A stretch of DNA of 64,000 nucleotides from contig NC_042997.1 of the NCBI RefSeq assembly GCF_006345805.1, positions 125,860,001-125,924,000 on the forward strand, written 5' to 3'. Positions within the stretch are counted from its first letter, which is position 1. Each line of letters begins with the position of its first letter. Below the pieces are notes generated by a model. That model worked only from the letters and a program-made list of their open reading frames with translations, did not search any database and had not been told where the DNA came from. The DNA is from Octopus sinensis (taxonomy: Eukaryota). Below, in pieces: positions 35,501-48,242 of the stretch. A program made the translations under genes and the position numbers.

Positions 35501-35574
35501 TATATATATATGTATGTATGTATATATATATATATTTGTTCACACAATTGAAAAGACTGTTTGTATATATATAT

Positions 35575-35966
35575 ATACAAATAAGAAAATGGAGGAACAG
35601 ATTCCTTTCAATCATCGACTTACAGATATTTTTATGGTATTATCTTACTTATTGATGTATATTGTTTTATTCTGTTTTACTCTGTTGGATTTGGATGTTC
35701 CTATTTAAGTAGTTAATAAATAATATGAATTGGTATTATCTGTAAGTCGATGATTGAAAGGAATCTGTTCCTCCATTTTCTTATTTGTATTATGATTTTG
35801 AGGTAAAATATTTTACCTTCGCCCATCTAATACAATAAATGAATTAATTGCATTGCAATTATAAGCATTTATGTATTTGCCTTTTGGGTACTTCACTAGC
35901 AGTATATTGGGTAACTGATATCCCATAGTGGGTTACACTCATAACCCCTATCTCACTTTGTACTTT
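35575..35966 (+). mobile_element. Penelope-like element end with 54-bp inverted copy and tail
   Basis: Perfect inverted arms 35575-35628 / 35737-35790; the tail 35800-35960 is also present at 43670-43840; flanked by (TA)n. Confidence 0.55.
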
Positions 35967-36024
35967 TATATATATATATATATATATAATGGAATGTGGC
36001 TGTTTACTTTTGAGACATCTGTGG

Positions 36025-36242
36025 ATGAAGAAATGCTGAAAAGTTCCTGGCTTTAAGAGTATCTTGAAGAACCTGGTTGGAGGCTCAGCATTACCAGTTC
36101 TTTTACAGGGCTTAGAAAAACTGAAGGACCACTGTTATGAGCATGTGAATCTGAGAGGGGAATATGTTGGATAAAATCATAATTAACTGATCCTCCTGTA
36201 TTTTCTTTTACCCAAAGACAGGAACTTTTCAGCACCCCCTTG
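36025..36242 (+). mobile_element. Mariner-derived MITE
   Basis: TIR TGCTGAAAAGTTCCTG.CTTT / AAAG.CAGGAACTTTTCAGCA; GEYV-like C-terminal remnant. Confidence 0.7.
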
Positions 36243-36391
36243 TATGTATACATATGTAAATGTTATATATACAAACACTGAGGCTATTGCTCTCTCCTTC
36301 AGCACAAACCATCATTTTGTATTACTGTTATTCTTGAATATTTTCATTCTTTAAAGCGCAATTAAAACTTTGCTGGTTTGTACATAGAAAT

Positions 36392-36744
36392 TAGCTTGCT
36401 TATGAACCACATGGTTCCGGGTTCAGTCCCACTGAATGGCACCTTGGGCAAGTGTCTTCTACTATAGCCTCGGGTCAACCAAAGCCTTGTGAGTGGATTT
36501 GGTAGACAGAAACTGAAAGAAACCCGTCATATATATGTATGTGTGTGTGTGTGTTTTGTCCCCCCCAACATCGCTTGACAACCGATGCTGGTGTGTTTAT
36601 GTCCCCATAACTTAGTGGTTCAACAAAGAGACCGATAGAATAAGTACTAAGCTTACAGAGAATAAGTCCTAGGGTCAATTTGCTTGACTAAAGGCAGTGC
36701 TCCAGCATGGCCACAATCGAATTACTGAAACAAGTAAAAGAGTA
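36392..36744 (+). mobile_element. SINE-A; its 3' half is duplicated in inverted form at 34470-34675
   Basis: Consensus match; private variants shared with the 34470 copy. Confidence 0.9.
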
Positions 36745-37108
36745 ATTAGTATGAAAGTTAAATTTAAGTAGAGTTTAATGAGAAAGATTCAATAAAAAAA
36801 TAATGTTTGATGCTGTCAAATTATATCAGGAATTAGATTGAAATGCTAGCAAGAAATTAAACAAAAATAAATTGAATGCAGCATAGAACAAAACACCACC
36901 AGGACAAAATCCCAACTTTTGAAATGTAAAGCAAGACAAAAATTCCCTTGGCTAAAGAAAAAGAAAGCAAAAAGCATGAGTAAAATTTCCAATTAACCAT
37001 CTTACTAACACTAACTCTGAGCACCTTTTCAAACTCCACCTGTCTAACACCCGTGGACATGTTTACAAAGGCAGTAAACAGCACAGCTCCCATGACTTTG
37101 GGAAAATG

Positions 37109-40100
37109 TTTCCGAAAGTCATGTGAGCTGTGCTGTTTTCTGACTTTGTAAACATGTCCGCATGTGTTAGACAGGTGGAGTTTGAAAAGGTGCTCAGAGT
37201 TATTGTTAGTAAGATGGTTAATAATTTTATGGGTGTCTACCAAGTCAGCTGGCAGACGTCGGAGTTTCAATGTATCCAATCCCAGGGACATAAGGCGTTC
37301 AGGATATGGCAAATGCCTGATGGAGGGTATTCTCTTGGTTGCACGTCACTGAAAGGTTTCCAGACGATTAATATCCTGGTCAAGATAGGGGTTCCAGACC
37401 GGTGATGCAAATTCCAGGTGAGGCTGCACCATAGCTATATAAAGCCTCAGATAGATAGCTGGAGAGTGGCTCAAAAAGGACTTGGTAAGTGATGCCAAGA
37501 CACCCTCAGCCATCTTGGCAATTTTAGCAATGTGTTTTGTCCAATGCAAATTGCTGTCGACAATAATGCCCAGGTCACGTTCACAAGAGGACTTTTTGAG
37601 ATTAGTGTTGTGGAGGGAGTAAACAGATGCTGATTTTTCCTCCCAAAAGGCATGGTGATACATTTGTCTACAGCCAGCTTGAGTTGCCAGTCCATGATCC
37701 ACTGCTGCATTGTATCCAGGTCCGATTGCAATAAAGATCTATAGTGTACAGGATCTGTCCAGCTTGATGTCATCTGCATATTTCAGCACTGCGGAATTCT
37801 TTAAGTTGGCATCTATGTCATTAACATATGCAACAAATAAAAGGGGGCCAAGAACAGATCCCTGTGGTACACCAGATGTCATCTCATAGGGGGAAGAGTG
37901 CTGTCCTAGAACTGTGACAACTTCTTTTCGGCCGATAATGAAGGACTTCAACTAGTTATAGAGATCATCTCTTACACCCATTGCAGAGAGTTTCACCATA
38001 AGTCATTTGTGTGGCACAGAATTAAAAGCCTTAGCAAAGTCCAGGTAAACAACATCCACCCAGGAGCCGCCATCAGTGATTCGGGTAATGTCCTCAAGAA
38101 ACTCGATGAGTTGATTACAGCAGCTGGAGTTAGGAATAAATCCAAATTGTGACAGCTGGATGAAGCTGTGAGACTTCCAGAAGTTCCAGAGGGTTTCTCT
38201 GACACAGGATTCCATCAGTTTGGTGATGCAGCTTGTAAGACTAATGGGGCAATAGTTGACAGGCAATGTGCAGTCACCTTTTTTGAACAGAGGGATAACA
38301 CTGGCAGTTTTCCACTGCTCTGGAGTAACACCATTGTCAAGACAGAATTGAAAGAATAGTGAAAGTTAGTTTAGAAGAAAGTACCCACCGTGTTTGAGAA
38401 GTAGGTATGTAACACCATCGAAACCAGGAGAGGCATAGTTATGTTTATTCTTAATGTGGCATTGTAGCATTGCTGGTGTAAATTTCATAGTAGTTATAAA
38501 GTCTGGTGTCAGAGGTGATGGAGAGGGAACATTTTGATCTTCGACAGTAAAAATGCCTGCATAGCATCCAGCAATGATTTCTGCACATTCTTTGGGATTG
38601 TCAGTAATCTGGCCTGTGTGGGGATTGTGAAGGGGACCAATGGGAGAGTGAGGTCTCTGCTTTGAATGTACATACTTCCAGAACACTTTGCTGTCAGGGT
38701 TGGTTGCTATGTGTTGTTCGAATTCAAGCACTGCCTTTTTTGTCACCTGCTTGAGATGGTTGGCTGACCTATTGCACTTTTTCCTGTTGATCTCTGATTT
38801 GTGCAATTTGTATTCCTTTCAGCATTATGGCATTCTTTCCTGGCATGTTGGACTGCTGCAGTCTCCAAAATTGCACTATTGGGTGGTTTTTTTGTGCTTG
38901 CATGGTACTGATGCTGCACATGCCATCCATATTGAATTCAGAATGTTCTGAAGTATAGTGTTCACATCTCCAGAGGAATAAAATTTGAGCCAGTTTGGGT
39001 GTTGTAGCTCGGTACAATAAGAGTTCCAGTCTGCTTTATTCCAGTCGAAGTGGGCAGTTTGAAGATGGTTGTGGTTTTTGTTACAACCAATCAGAGACAA
39101 GTCGGCCATGATCATGGAATGATCAGAGTCACCTAAAGGTTCTTCAGTAGTGACACTAATAATTGTTTCAGGAGAAGCAGTAAATAGCAGATCCAAAGTG
39201 TTGTTACCCCTTGTAGGGGTGGTAACGACTTGAGACCAATTTGAATTCAGCACCAGGTCAAGGAAATCATCTGCACTTTGCGGCCAATGGAAGGCCTCCC
39301 AGTCAATCTCAGGGAAATTGAAGTCCCCCGCAATATAAACATAAGTGGCTGTTTTTATGGCAGCAACTCTGAGGATATCAAAAAGTTGTGTGTCTTGATG
39401 AAAATTTGGGGGGTGGTAAATAACTCCAAGTAGAAGTGTTGACATGGTCATGTGTATATTGCAGAAAAATACTTCCTGATGAGATCAGTTCAATCCTCAC
39501 AAGAAATTGCCGATAGATTTGAACAAATGTAGACCATCACACCCCTACCACGGTGATTAATGCGGTCTTTGCAGAACAGGTTGTAGCCAGTTATGCTGAA
39601 AACCCTATCACGGGGTGCCGAATGTGCCCATGTTTCCGTGACTGTGATAAAATCTGGGTCAATATTTTTGATGTAAGAGTCAAAAAGATGCACCTTGTTG
39701 TATAAACTACAGGCATTCAAGGACAACAGTTTGTATCTGGATTTCAGATGATGATGATATACAGGGGATGGCTGATTGTTCTTGTTTAGTTTCCAATGAT
39801 TTTTGTATTGCCAGTTATTGTGGGTGCAGTTGCTCAGACCAACTGATATCCCTTATCCACAACTCACTAGACTTGATGAATTTCCATATTTTCCCAACCT
39901 CGCATAGGCTAAAGCTTTCCTGTGGCACAGCATTGCAATTTAGGAAAGCTACAGATCTTAGCTTTGGGTATACATCAGGTGGTAGACCAGGACGTGTCTG
40001 AAAGGTAATTCTGTTTTCACGCCAAGCCCTATCAGTGGCTAGATGGTATGCCCGCGCCTCAGTAGAGTTTGAAAACAACAGCCTAATCAATCTGGGTTTG

Positions 40101-40330
40101 GATCCTGGTCGGCCAATGCAGAAAGCACTTTTTGGAGGAACACAGCTTAAGTCTTTGGATGTGTTGCCAGTAAATGCCTGTAGATCTACCACGTCTTCTG
40201 ATACTCCGATGACAATTACCTCATGGGTGGTTGATTCATGCATTAGAAACCCTCGAGTTTCCTCATTATCCCAGTACTATCCTAACTTGCCACAAAATAA
40301 TCCAGGGATGGCAGCAAACCTTTATGCATC
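37109..40330 (-). mobile_element. CR1-clade LINE, near full length, inactivated
   Basis: ORF1-like (IGRPGSKPRLIRL), APE (ITVTETW, GVIYHPP, GDFNFP, PTRGNNTLDL, GDSDH), RT (NYCPISLTS, YLDFAKAF, GVPQGSVLGPLLF, YADD) and C-terminus (ERDLGI, HLEFASPVWNP); many frameshifts and stops. Confidence 0.9.
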
Positions 40331-40929
40331 AGACAAATTTGCTGTTCCACAGTAGATGAAAACATCTGGGATGAAACATATCTGGTGTATTAGATAAAAT
40401 CAAGTGTGCTGGACATCATTATAAGTTAAACTTCAATATTGTTTTATAAAATAGATGTCTATGAAGAGTGTTGACAGTGTGAAATTGAATTATGAAAGTG
40501 TATAAGCAACACGGTGTTAGTAGTTTCATTGGTTCTGTACTTGGAGAAAGCAATAAGATGAGAGGCAGGGCCACTGTGGTAGTGTAGCAGGAATCATTAT
40601 ATTATCAGCAGGTTCAGAAGTTCAAAAACTGGGGCTGGATAAGTAGAAGAATCAGAGAAAGGATACTCAACAATGTACCAATGGCTTAAACCTGTAAATC
40701 TCAACTGGGGTTTATACAAGATTTTGTAGTTAATAATTATGCCCAATAAATTGCTTATACATCTGCAATACATTTTTTAAAATACAATTCCTAATGCTAT
40801 TTAATTATAAAAGTACAACACAATATCTTTTTTATATACATCAAATGGCTATGGAGGTCCAGTAGAATAAGATAGGAATCAAAGGGATCCATAGGCAAAA
40901 AGTAGTTGAAAACCACTGGTTTAAACCAT

Positions 40930-41153
40930 TACTCTTTTACTTGTTTCAGTCATTTGACTGTGGCCATGCTGGAGCACCGCCTTTTAGTCGAGCAAATCAC
41001 CCCCAGGACTTATTCTTTGTAAGCCTAGTACTTATTCTATTGGTCTCTTTTGCCGAACCGCTAAGTTATGGGGACATAAACGCACCTGCATTGGTTGTCA
41101 AGCAATGTTGGGGAGACAAACACAGACACACAAACATATACACACACACATAC

Positions 41154-41188
<35 letters not shown>

Positions 41189-43196
41189 CATACATATACA
41201 AATATACAACGGGCTTCTTTCTGTTTCCGTCTACCAAATCATCTCACAAGGCTTTGGTCGGCCCGAGGCTATAGTAGAAGATACTTGCCCAAGGTGCCAC
41301 TCAGTGGGACTGAACCCAGAACCATGTGGTTCATAAGCAAGCTATTCTTGGCTGTGTGAAGAATATATGGCTTCAGTTATACATTATTGACAAGTAGGTT
41401 TGAGGTGACAATTGATATCTCTGATTTGCATTTTAGACCAGCAGAAAAAAATTATCTAAAAAAAAACAAGGTATAATTATTTTTGGAATGAAAATCAACA
41501 AGAAACCACCAAAGGTTATTATTAGGATTGTAACAGAAACAAATGTAAACCCAGTCTACGGTGGACAATAGGTTAATCTTAATAATTACTTATGAACAAA
41601 CAGGATGTGTTATAAATGTTGTGTGATTGGTTTCTAGATATGTCATAATAATGTATTCTGTTGTTGAATGAAATGTGGCAGACTAAGACCTATTGGTTTC
41701 AAAGTTTGGTACAAGGCCAGCAAGTATGGGGGTGGGGGTAAGTCAATTACATCATCAACCCCAGTGCTCAAAAAAAAACCTCAGTAGAATTTGAACTCGG
41801 AGATTAAGGATGAACGAGATGCTTCTAAGCATTTTATGCAACATGCTAGCAGCCCTGCCAGTTTGTTAACTTAGTAGCATAAGACATATTACATGATAGG
41901 TTTGAAATAACCAAATGTTTAGGTCCCACACAGACAAGATGGGTATGTTTAATCCTTTCTTTGTCATGAATGTCTATGAGCAAATTACCAACACCTTGAT
42001 ACACCTGATTTCATCCAACTAGACACATACTCTTTACTCCTTTATTCTTTTACTTGTTTCAGTCATTTGACCGCGGCCATGCTGGAGCACCGCCTTTAGT
42101 CGAGCAAATCGACCCCAGGACTTATTCTTTGGAAGTCTAGTACTTATTCTATCAGTCTCTTTTGCCGAACCGCTAAGTTACGGGGACGTAAACACACCTG
42201 CATCGGTTGTCAAGCGATGTTCAGGGGACAAACAAAGACACACAAACATATACACGGGCTTCTTTCAGTTTCCATCTACCAAATCCACTCACAAGGCTTT
42301 GGTTGGCCCAAGGCTATAGTAGGAGACACTTGCCCAGGGTGCCACGCAGTGGGACTGAATCCGGAACTATGTCGTTGGTAAGCAGCCACTCCTGCGCCTA
42401 TAACATTAACATTTATTTTGTCATAATCCCGGTTTCTTTTTTTCTTTTTCTTTTTTAATGTTGCGTGGCTGTTCCATCAACCGAACATCAGCTTCACTTG
42501 TGGTCATACAACATTGAATGGGTTATACTTCTGGGAGAGTTACTCCCCTGTGTAATTGCATTTATATAGTGAAAGGAATATATTAAGTTAGGGATGTCAG
42601 GTAAAGGAAATAAGTGAGTCTAACGGTCAACACCTAATTTGGTAGAATGAAGATCAAAAAGAACTCCTTCAACACAATAAATTAATATTATTGAGTGATG
42701 TTTATAGACAGACAGCTCCATCAGAAGCTTCTTATGCTAGGTACAGAATTCTGTCAAGGGCAACAACTTTGTTCTACCAACGTATTCACTTATAAGAAAT
42801 CAACTCTTTACTCTTTTACATGTTTCAATTATGTGATTGTGGCCATGATGGAGCACCGCCTTTAGTCGAGCAAATCGACCCCAGGACTTATTCTTTGTAA
42901 GCCTAGTACTTATTCTATCGGTTCTTTTGCCGAACCGCTAAGTTACGGGGACGTATACACACCAGCATCGGTTGTCAAGCGATGTTCAGGGGACAAACAC
43001 ACAAACATATACAAACATATGTATATATATATATATACGATGGGATTCTTTCGGTTTCCGTCTACCAAATCCACTCACAAGGCTTTGGTCGGCCCGAGGC
43101 TATAGTAGGAGACACAAGGTGCCACGCAGTGGGACTGAACCCGGAACCATGTGGTTCATAAGCAAGCTACTTACCACACAGCCACTCCTACGCCTA
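40930..43196 (-). mobile_element. Three SINE-A copies (40930-41350, 42030-42400, 42803-43196)
   Basis: Consensus matches, all on the minus strand. Confidence 0.9.
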
Positions 43197-43589
43197 TAAC
43201 TTCGAGGCTTTTCCATAATAAATTCTGCAGATGCAGATATGATTGCCTGGTTAAGTAGTATCCTTCATTTCCTGTAGTCATGAGTTTGATCCCACTATGC
43301 CCTATCTTAAACACATTTCTTCTTCAATAGCCTTGAATTGAAAACTGGCATTGTTATATTATGTATTTGTGTACAGCAATATAAATACTTTAAACCTGTT
43401 GATAGAGACCAACACAAGACTGCCAGTGATTCTATGAGACAAACCTTTGTTTTCAAGTGTTTAAAATTCTAACTTCCCATCAAAATTTCATGCTTATTAA
43501 TGTTCTAGGCTCTAACTTTGAAAGAGAAATTCTTTTTAATATATTCTCTATTATTTTGAAAATTAAATGAAGTTATCTGTCTATATATA

Positions 43590-43840
43590 AAACTGATACT
43601 TTCACTATTATATGGTTTCAATTTCAATTACTTTCACTATGTATTTATAGCTTTATTGCTCTTGACCTAGATAGGTAAAAATATTTCTTTACCTTCACCC
43701 GTTTAATACAATAAATGAATTAATTGCAATGCAATTAAAAACATTTATGGATTAGGAATTTGGGTACTTTACCAACAGTATAATGGATAAATGATATCCC
43801 ATAGTGGGTTACACCCATAACCCCTATCTTACTTTATATT
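43590..43840 (+). mobile_element. Second copy of the tail of the 35575 element
   Basis: Shares AATACAATAAATGAATTAATTGCA...GATATCCCATAGTGGGTTACAC.CATAACCCCTATCT with 35800-35960; ends in a TA-rich tract. Confidence 0.6.
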
Positions 43841-43863
43841 TATGTATGTATATGTATGTATAC

Positions 43864-43900
<37 letters not shown>

Positions 43901-43904
43901 ATAT

Positions 43905-44424
43905 ATCATCATTATCATCATCGTTTAACGTCCACTATCCATGCTGGCATGGGTTGATCGATTTGACTGAGGACTGGCGAACCAGATGGCTGTACCAGGC
44001 TCCAATCTGATCTGGCAGAGTTTCTACAGCTGAATGCCCTTCCTGATGCCAACCACTCTGAGAGTGTTGTGGGTTCTTTTACTTGCCACCGGCACGAGGG
44101 CCATTTAGGTGTTACTGGCAACAGCCACGCTCAAATGTTGTTTTTACATGGCACCTGCACAGGAGCTAGTCCAGCAGCACTGGCAACGACCTCACTTGAA
44201 TATTTTCCCACGTGCCAGTAAGGCGACGCTGGTTGCAATCACACTTGAATGGTGCTTTTTATGTGCCACTGGCACAGAAGCCAGTCAGCTACTCTGGCAA
44301 TGATCACACTCGGATGGTGCTCTTAGCACTCCACTAGCACAGATGCCAGTCATCGAATTTGATTTCAATTTCACTTGCCTCAACAGGTCTTCGCAAGCAG
44401 AGTTTAGTGTCCAATGAAGGAAAG

Positions 44425-44428
<4 letters not shown>
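43905..44428 (-). mobile_element. RTE 3'UTR copy
   Basis: Reverse complement of the RTE 3'UTR/tail with tandem units. Confidence 0.75.
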
Positions 44429-44464
<36 letters not shown>

Positions 44465-45461
44465 GTGTGTGTGTGTGTATCTTTATGTATATATGTATAT
44501 ATATATATATATATATATGTGTATAGATGTAGGATCTTGCAGGCATGAAGTGGATTCAATCCACCATAGCCAAATTTAAATTAACATTTCAACAGAACTT
44601 TTCTCATGGTAGAATAATGGTTTTTCTCTGACAGCAGTTTTATATTTGCCAGATTGCCTTAGCTAGGCCGAAATAATGTCTTCACCAGTTGATTCTTTCA
44701 AACCTCTTCTACTTTACCAAAAGCTAAAACAGAGAAATCACAGTACCACCAACGAAGCCCATTGTTCTCAATGATATGTCTATCCTTCTGGATAGTTATA
44801 AAAACAAGAACCTGCAAGCAAAAGACAAGTAGTTACTTGATGACAACAGAGCGAGGCGACTTGTGACGACTCAGTTAGTTAGGGAACAGACTGCTAGAAT
44901 CATGATCACAATGAAGGCAGCTACTAAAGACAATGATCAGCAAGAGAAATGAAATTTACTGTCAGCAACTGTGAGACAACGTCCCACAACCCCACAACTT
45001 TCACTAGCTCTAATTCTGTTCTCTTACAACATCATTCTATCATTATCTGTGGATTACTACTAACAATTCGTGTATGCCAAACTACGCAAAGAAAAATTCT
45101 ACCACATCTAACTTTCTTTCGCATTGCTCTCAGATGTTATAACCTGCCCATCAAGGTAAGGTATCTTTCAATGTGATGGTAAATAGATACTTTCTTAAAA
45201 CTTCATGCATTGTTCACCTTTCACATCCTACAACTTGCCGTTATAACAACAAATTTTTATCGTTACAACTACTGACTCTGACATTTCATATTATTGTGTA
45301 CTTAATCAATCTTAACCATTACATATATTTTTGTATATGATGATGATGATGATATATATGTATATTTATCTATATATGTATATGTATATATATATTAGAA
45401 GAAATGAGGTAATCAGAAGATCGGATGGTTTATATTTACAGATATTTATTTATATATTACA

Positions 45462-45965
45462 CTAGCAGTATCGCCCAGCGTTGCTCGGATTTGTAAGGGA
45501 AATAACTATATAAGCATTTTTAGAGAGTTACTTCCCTTATAGATGCCAATTCGGGCTTTCTTAGCCATTTCTGTTTTGGTGTCTTCAAGCCATGAAGTCG
45601 TTGTTCTAAAAGAACGCTGGTCTCCTTGACAACGCTTTACGACGTTGATTTCCTTACACTCCCTTCCCCACAGCTTCACGACGGAGAGGAGAAGCAAACA
45701 AGTGCAGGTGTGACCATGGACGCCAACTCCGCCGCCATCGACACACGAAAAATTATGCATTAAAATGGAATAAAAAATTATGTTAAATTATTTTTAAAAT
45801 CGTAGACTCATCGTAGACGCGCGCTAATACTCAGATGGGCTCGATATGAATTACAACTATAAGATACCCGAATTTGGTTAAACTGCATCGCAAAATGTGG
45901 GAGTAGTTAGGAATCTAAATCGAAGGGGACAGACACTCACACAACTACAGTTTTATATATATAGA
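45462..45965 (-). mobile_element. Non-autonomous Helitron
   Basis: Minus strand begins TCTATATATATAAAA and ends with a GC hairpin CCGAGCAACGCTGGGCGATACTG-CTAG; sits between A and T. Confidence 0.75.
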
Positions 45966-46644
45966 TTTTTTACATATATATCATATCACTTAGATCATTA
46001 GTGCTTTCTCCCATTCTAGTGGGGTTTTCAAATCAAAATAATTCCTTTGTGGGGAATTTTAATCATTTTATAGAGTTTCGAAGTGGTGGGGAGGAATAAG
46101 ACAGTACAAGAGGGTGAGGTGGATGAGGAGAAAGTGAGAGAACATGTGTGTATGTGTATGTGTATGTGTGTGTGTGTGTGATTGTATCTGAGGTGAGTGC
46201 TAAAGAGAAAGAGGGGAAGGGAGAGGGAAGAAGAAGGAAAGAATATTTTTGGTCTGCTGGACAGAATATTGACTCCAAGGGGGTTCTAAGAATTTCAGCT
46301 TTGACCACTTCACAGTGTCACTGAGTGTGTGGTGGCAGAGAGGTAGGCCATAAATTATATTTCCTTTTATCATTGTGAGGATGGTCAAATGCCGTTTTGG
46401 GTTTAAGAATTCTCTCCAGGTGTATGTTTGTGTATGTGTTTGGAGAAGGGGAGAGAGACAAAAAACGAAAAGGAAAAAGAAAAATAAGGGAGGAAGGGGA
46501 AAAAATTGTGTTGATATTTATACCACTATATATATATACACGCTTATACATGAAATATTTGAAAAAAAATCTTTTATGTATGTATACATATATATATATA
46601 TACGTGTATATATATGTAAATATGTGTAAATATATATGTATATA

Positions 46645-47280
46645 TATATATATTGTATATAAGAAAAAGGGACAGGCAAACAGGTTGCTTGACCGCATAC
46701 CGAAAAAATAGAAATAGCAGTCAAGAATGCTTATTTCTATCAAAGTTGGACTCCGGGCATGACAAACCCTGCAATTCACATATGCAAAACAGAAGGAATA
46801 GATAACGAAAACGAAGTCTGGCGGTTATCTGTGAACATCATGTGAACACGAAGTCTGGCGGTTATCTGTGAGTTATCGAAAACGAAAGGAATCTTCTCTC
46901 TCCCTTCCCCTCTTTCTCTTTAGCACTCACCTCAGATACAATCACACACACACACACATACACATACACATACACACATGTTCTCTCACTTTCTCCTCAT
47001 CCACCTCACCCTCTGTTTTGCATATGTGAATTACAGGGTTTGTCATGCCCGGAGTCCAACTTTGATAGAAATAAGCATTCTTGACTGCTATTTCTATTTT
47101 TTCGGTATGCGGTCAAGCAACCTGTTTGCCTGTCCCTTTTTCTTATATACAATATATATACTGAACTTTACAGAAGTTCCTGCCGGTAATCGGCTATATT
47201 TACATACCGAATTCTACCAGTAGATAATTGGGGTTTTTTTAAAGGCCTTTATAGAAATTATTTACTCTTATTATTATATT
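46645..47280 (+). repeat. ~148-bp inverted repeat with captured inverted flank and tail
   Basis: 46645-46792 is inverted at 47013-47160; 46892-47014 is the reverse complement of 46111-46231; a 24-bp tandem lies at 46811/46848. Confidence 0.8.
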
Positions 47281-47557
47281 ATATATATATATATATATAT
47301 AAATATATGTATATATATGTGTGTGTGTATATATATGTATATGATATATGTATATATATGCATATATATATATATATGTGTATATGTATATGTATATATA
47401 TGCATATATATATGTGCATATATATATGTGCATATGTATATGTATATGTGTGTATTTGTATATATATATATATATGCATATATGTATATATAGATAGATA
47501 TATATATATATATATATGTACATATATATATGTCTCTATATATATGTATATATAATA

Positions 47558-47624
<67 letters not shown>

Positions 47625-47627
<3 letters not shown>

Positions 47628-48220
47628 AATATTAATATTAATTTTATTGACTTTTTGTATGGTTATACATTTTAATGAACTGGACTGTTTTATATATATA
47701 TGTATATATATGTCTGCTTTAAATTTAAATGTGAGTGTACATGTATTTCCTTGATGTTGGTTATAGAACTATGAGTCCAATATAGAAAATAATTGTGTTT
47801 GTTAATGTATACTGATATATTTTTGTTTATATTGTATTAATGTGTATATATATATGTGTAGAATTATGAGTGTCTATGCACACATTTTTATATTTTATAT
47901 TTTTATATTTATATGTAAATTTTTTTCATACTTATATTAAATTCTCTGAAGAGGCCGTGAGACATCCTTGTTAATGTCTCATTTATACCTGCTTTATATG
48001 ACTAATAGGTTAAATGAGACATACCTGTCTTCACGGCCGAAACAGCTGTCAGATATGATGTAATTGTATTTTCTATTTCTATTTCCATGTCTAGTTATAT
48101 TTGCAATATATTATGTATAATGTCATTGCTGTTATGTAATGGTTTAATAAAGTATTGATTGGGTATTATCTGATGGTTGATGATTGATTTAGGTATGTTT
48201 CTCCATTTTCTCATTTTGTA
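47625..48220 (+). mobile_element. Penelope-like element 3' end carrying a hammerhead
   Basis: AT-rich segment between (TA)n tracts containing the 47943 hammerhead; its end (48145-48220) resembles 35715-35790. Confidence 0.55.
47943..48053 (+). ncRNA. Type I hammerhead ribozyme (PLE-type) with extended stem II
   Basis: Stem I TCT/AGA; core CTGAAGA 47946-47952; stem II GGCCGTGA (47953-60)/TCACGGCC (48031-38); GAAA 48039-42; palindromic stem III AC-AGCT-GT; GUC cleavage triplet ending 48050. Confidence 0.75.
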
Positions 48221-48242
48221 TATATATATATATATATACATA

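Noticed and set aside
43967-43990. CTGAGGA-CTGG-CGAA-CCAG in the antisense of the RTE 3'UTR
   Set aside because: Followed by ATGG rather than GAAA; core incomplete.
45995-46035. Minus-strand TTGAAAA-CCCCA...TGGG-A-GAAAGCACTA
   Set aside because: Possibly a dead hammerhead, but two core mismatches make it unsupportable alone.
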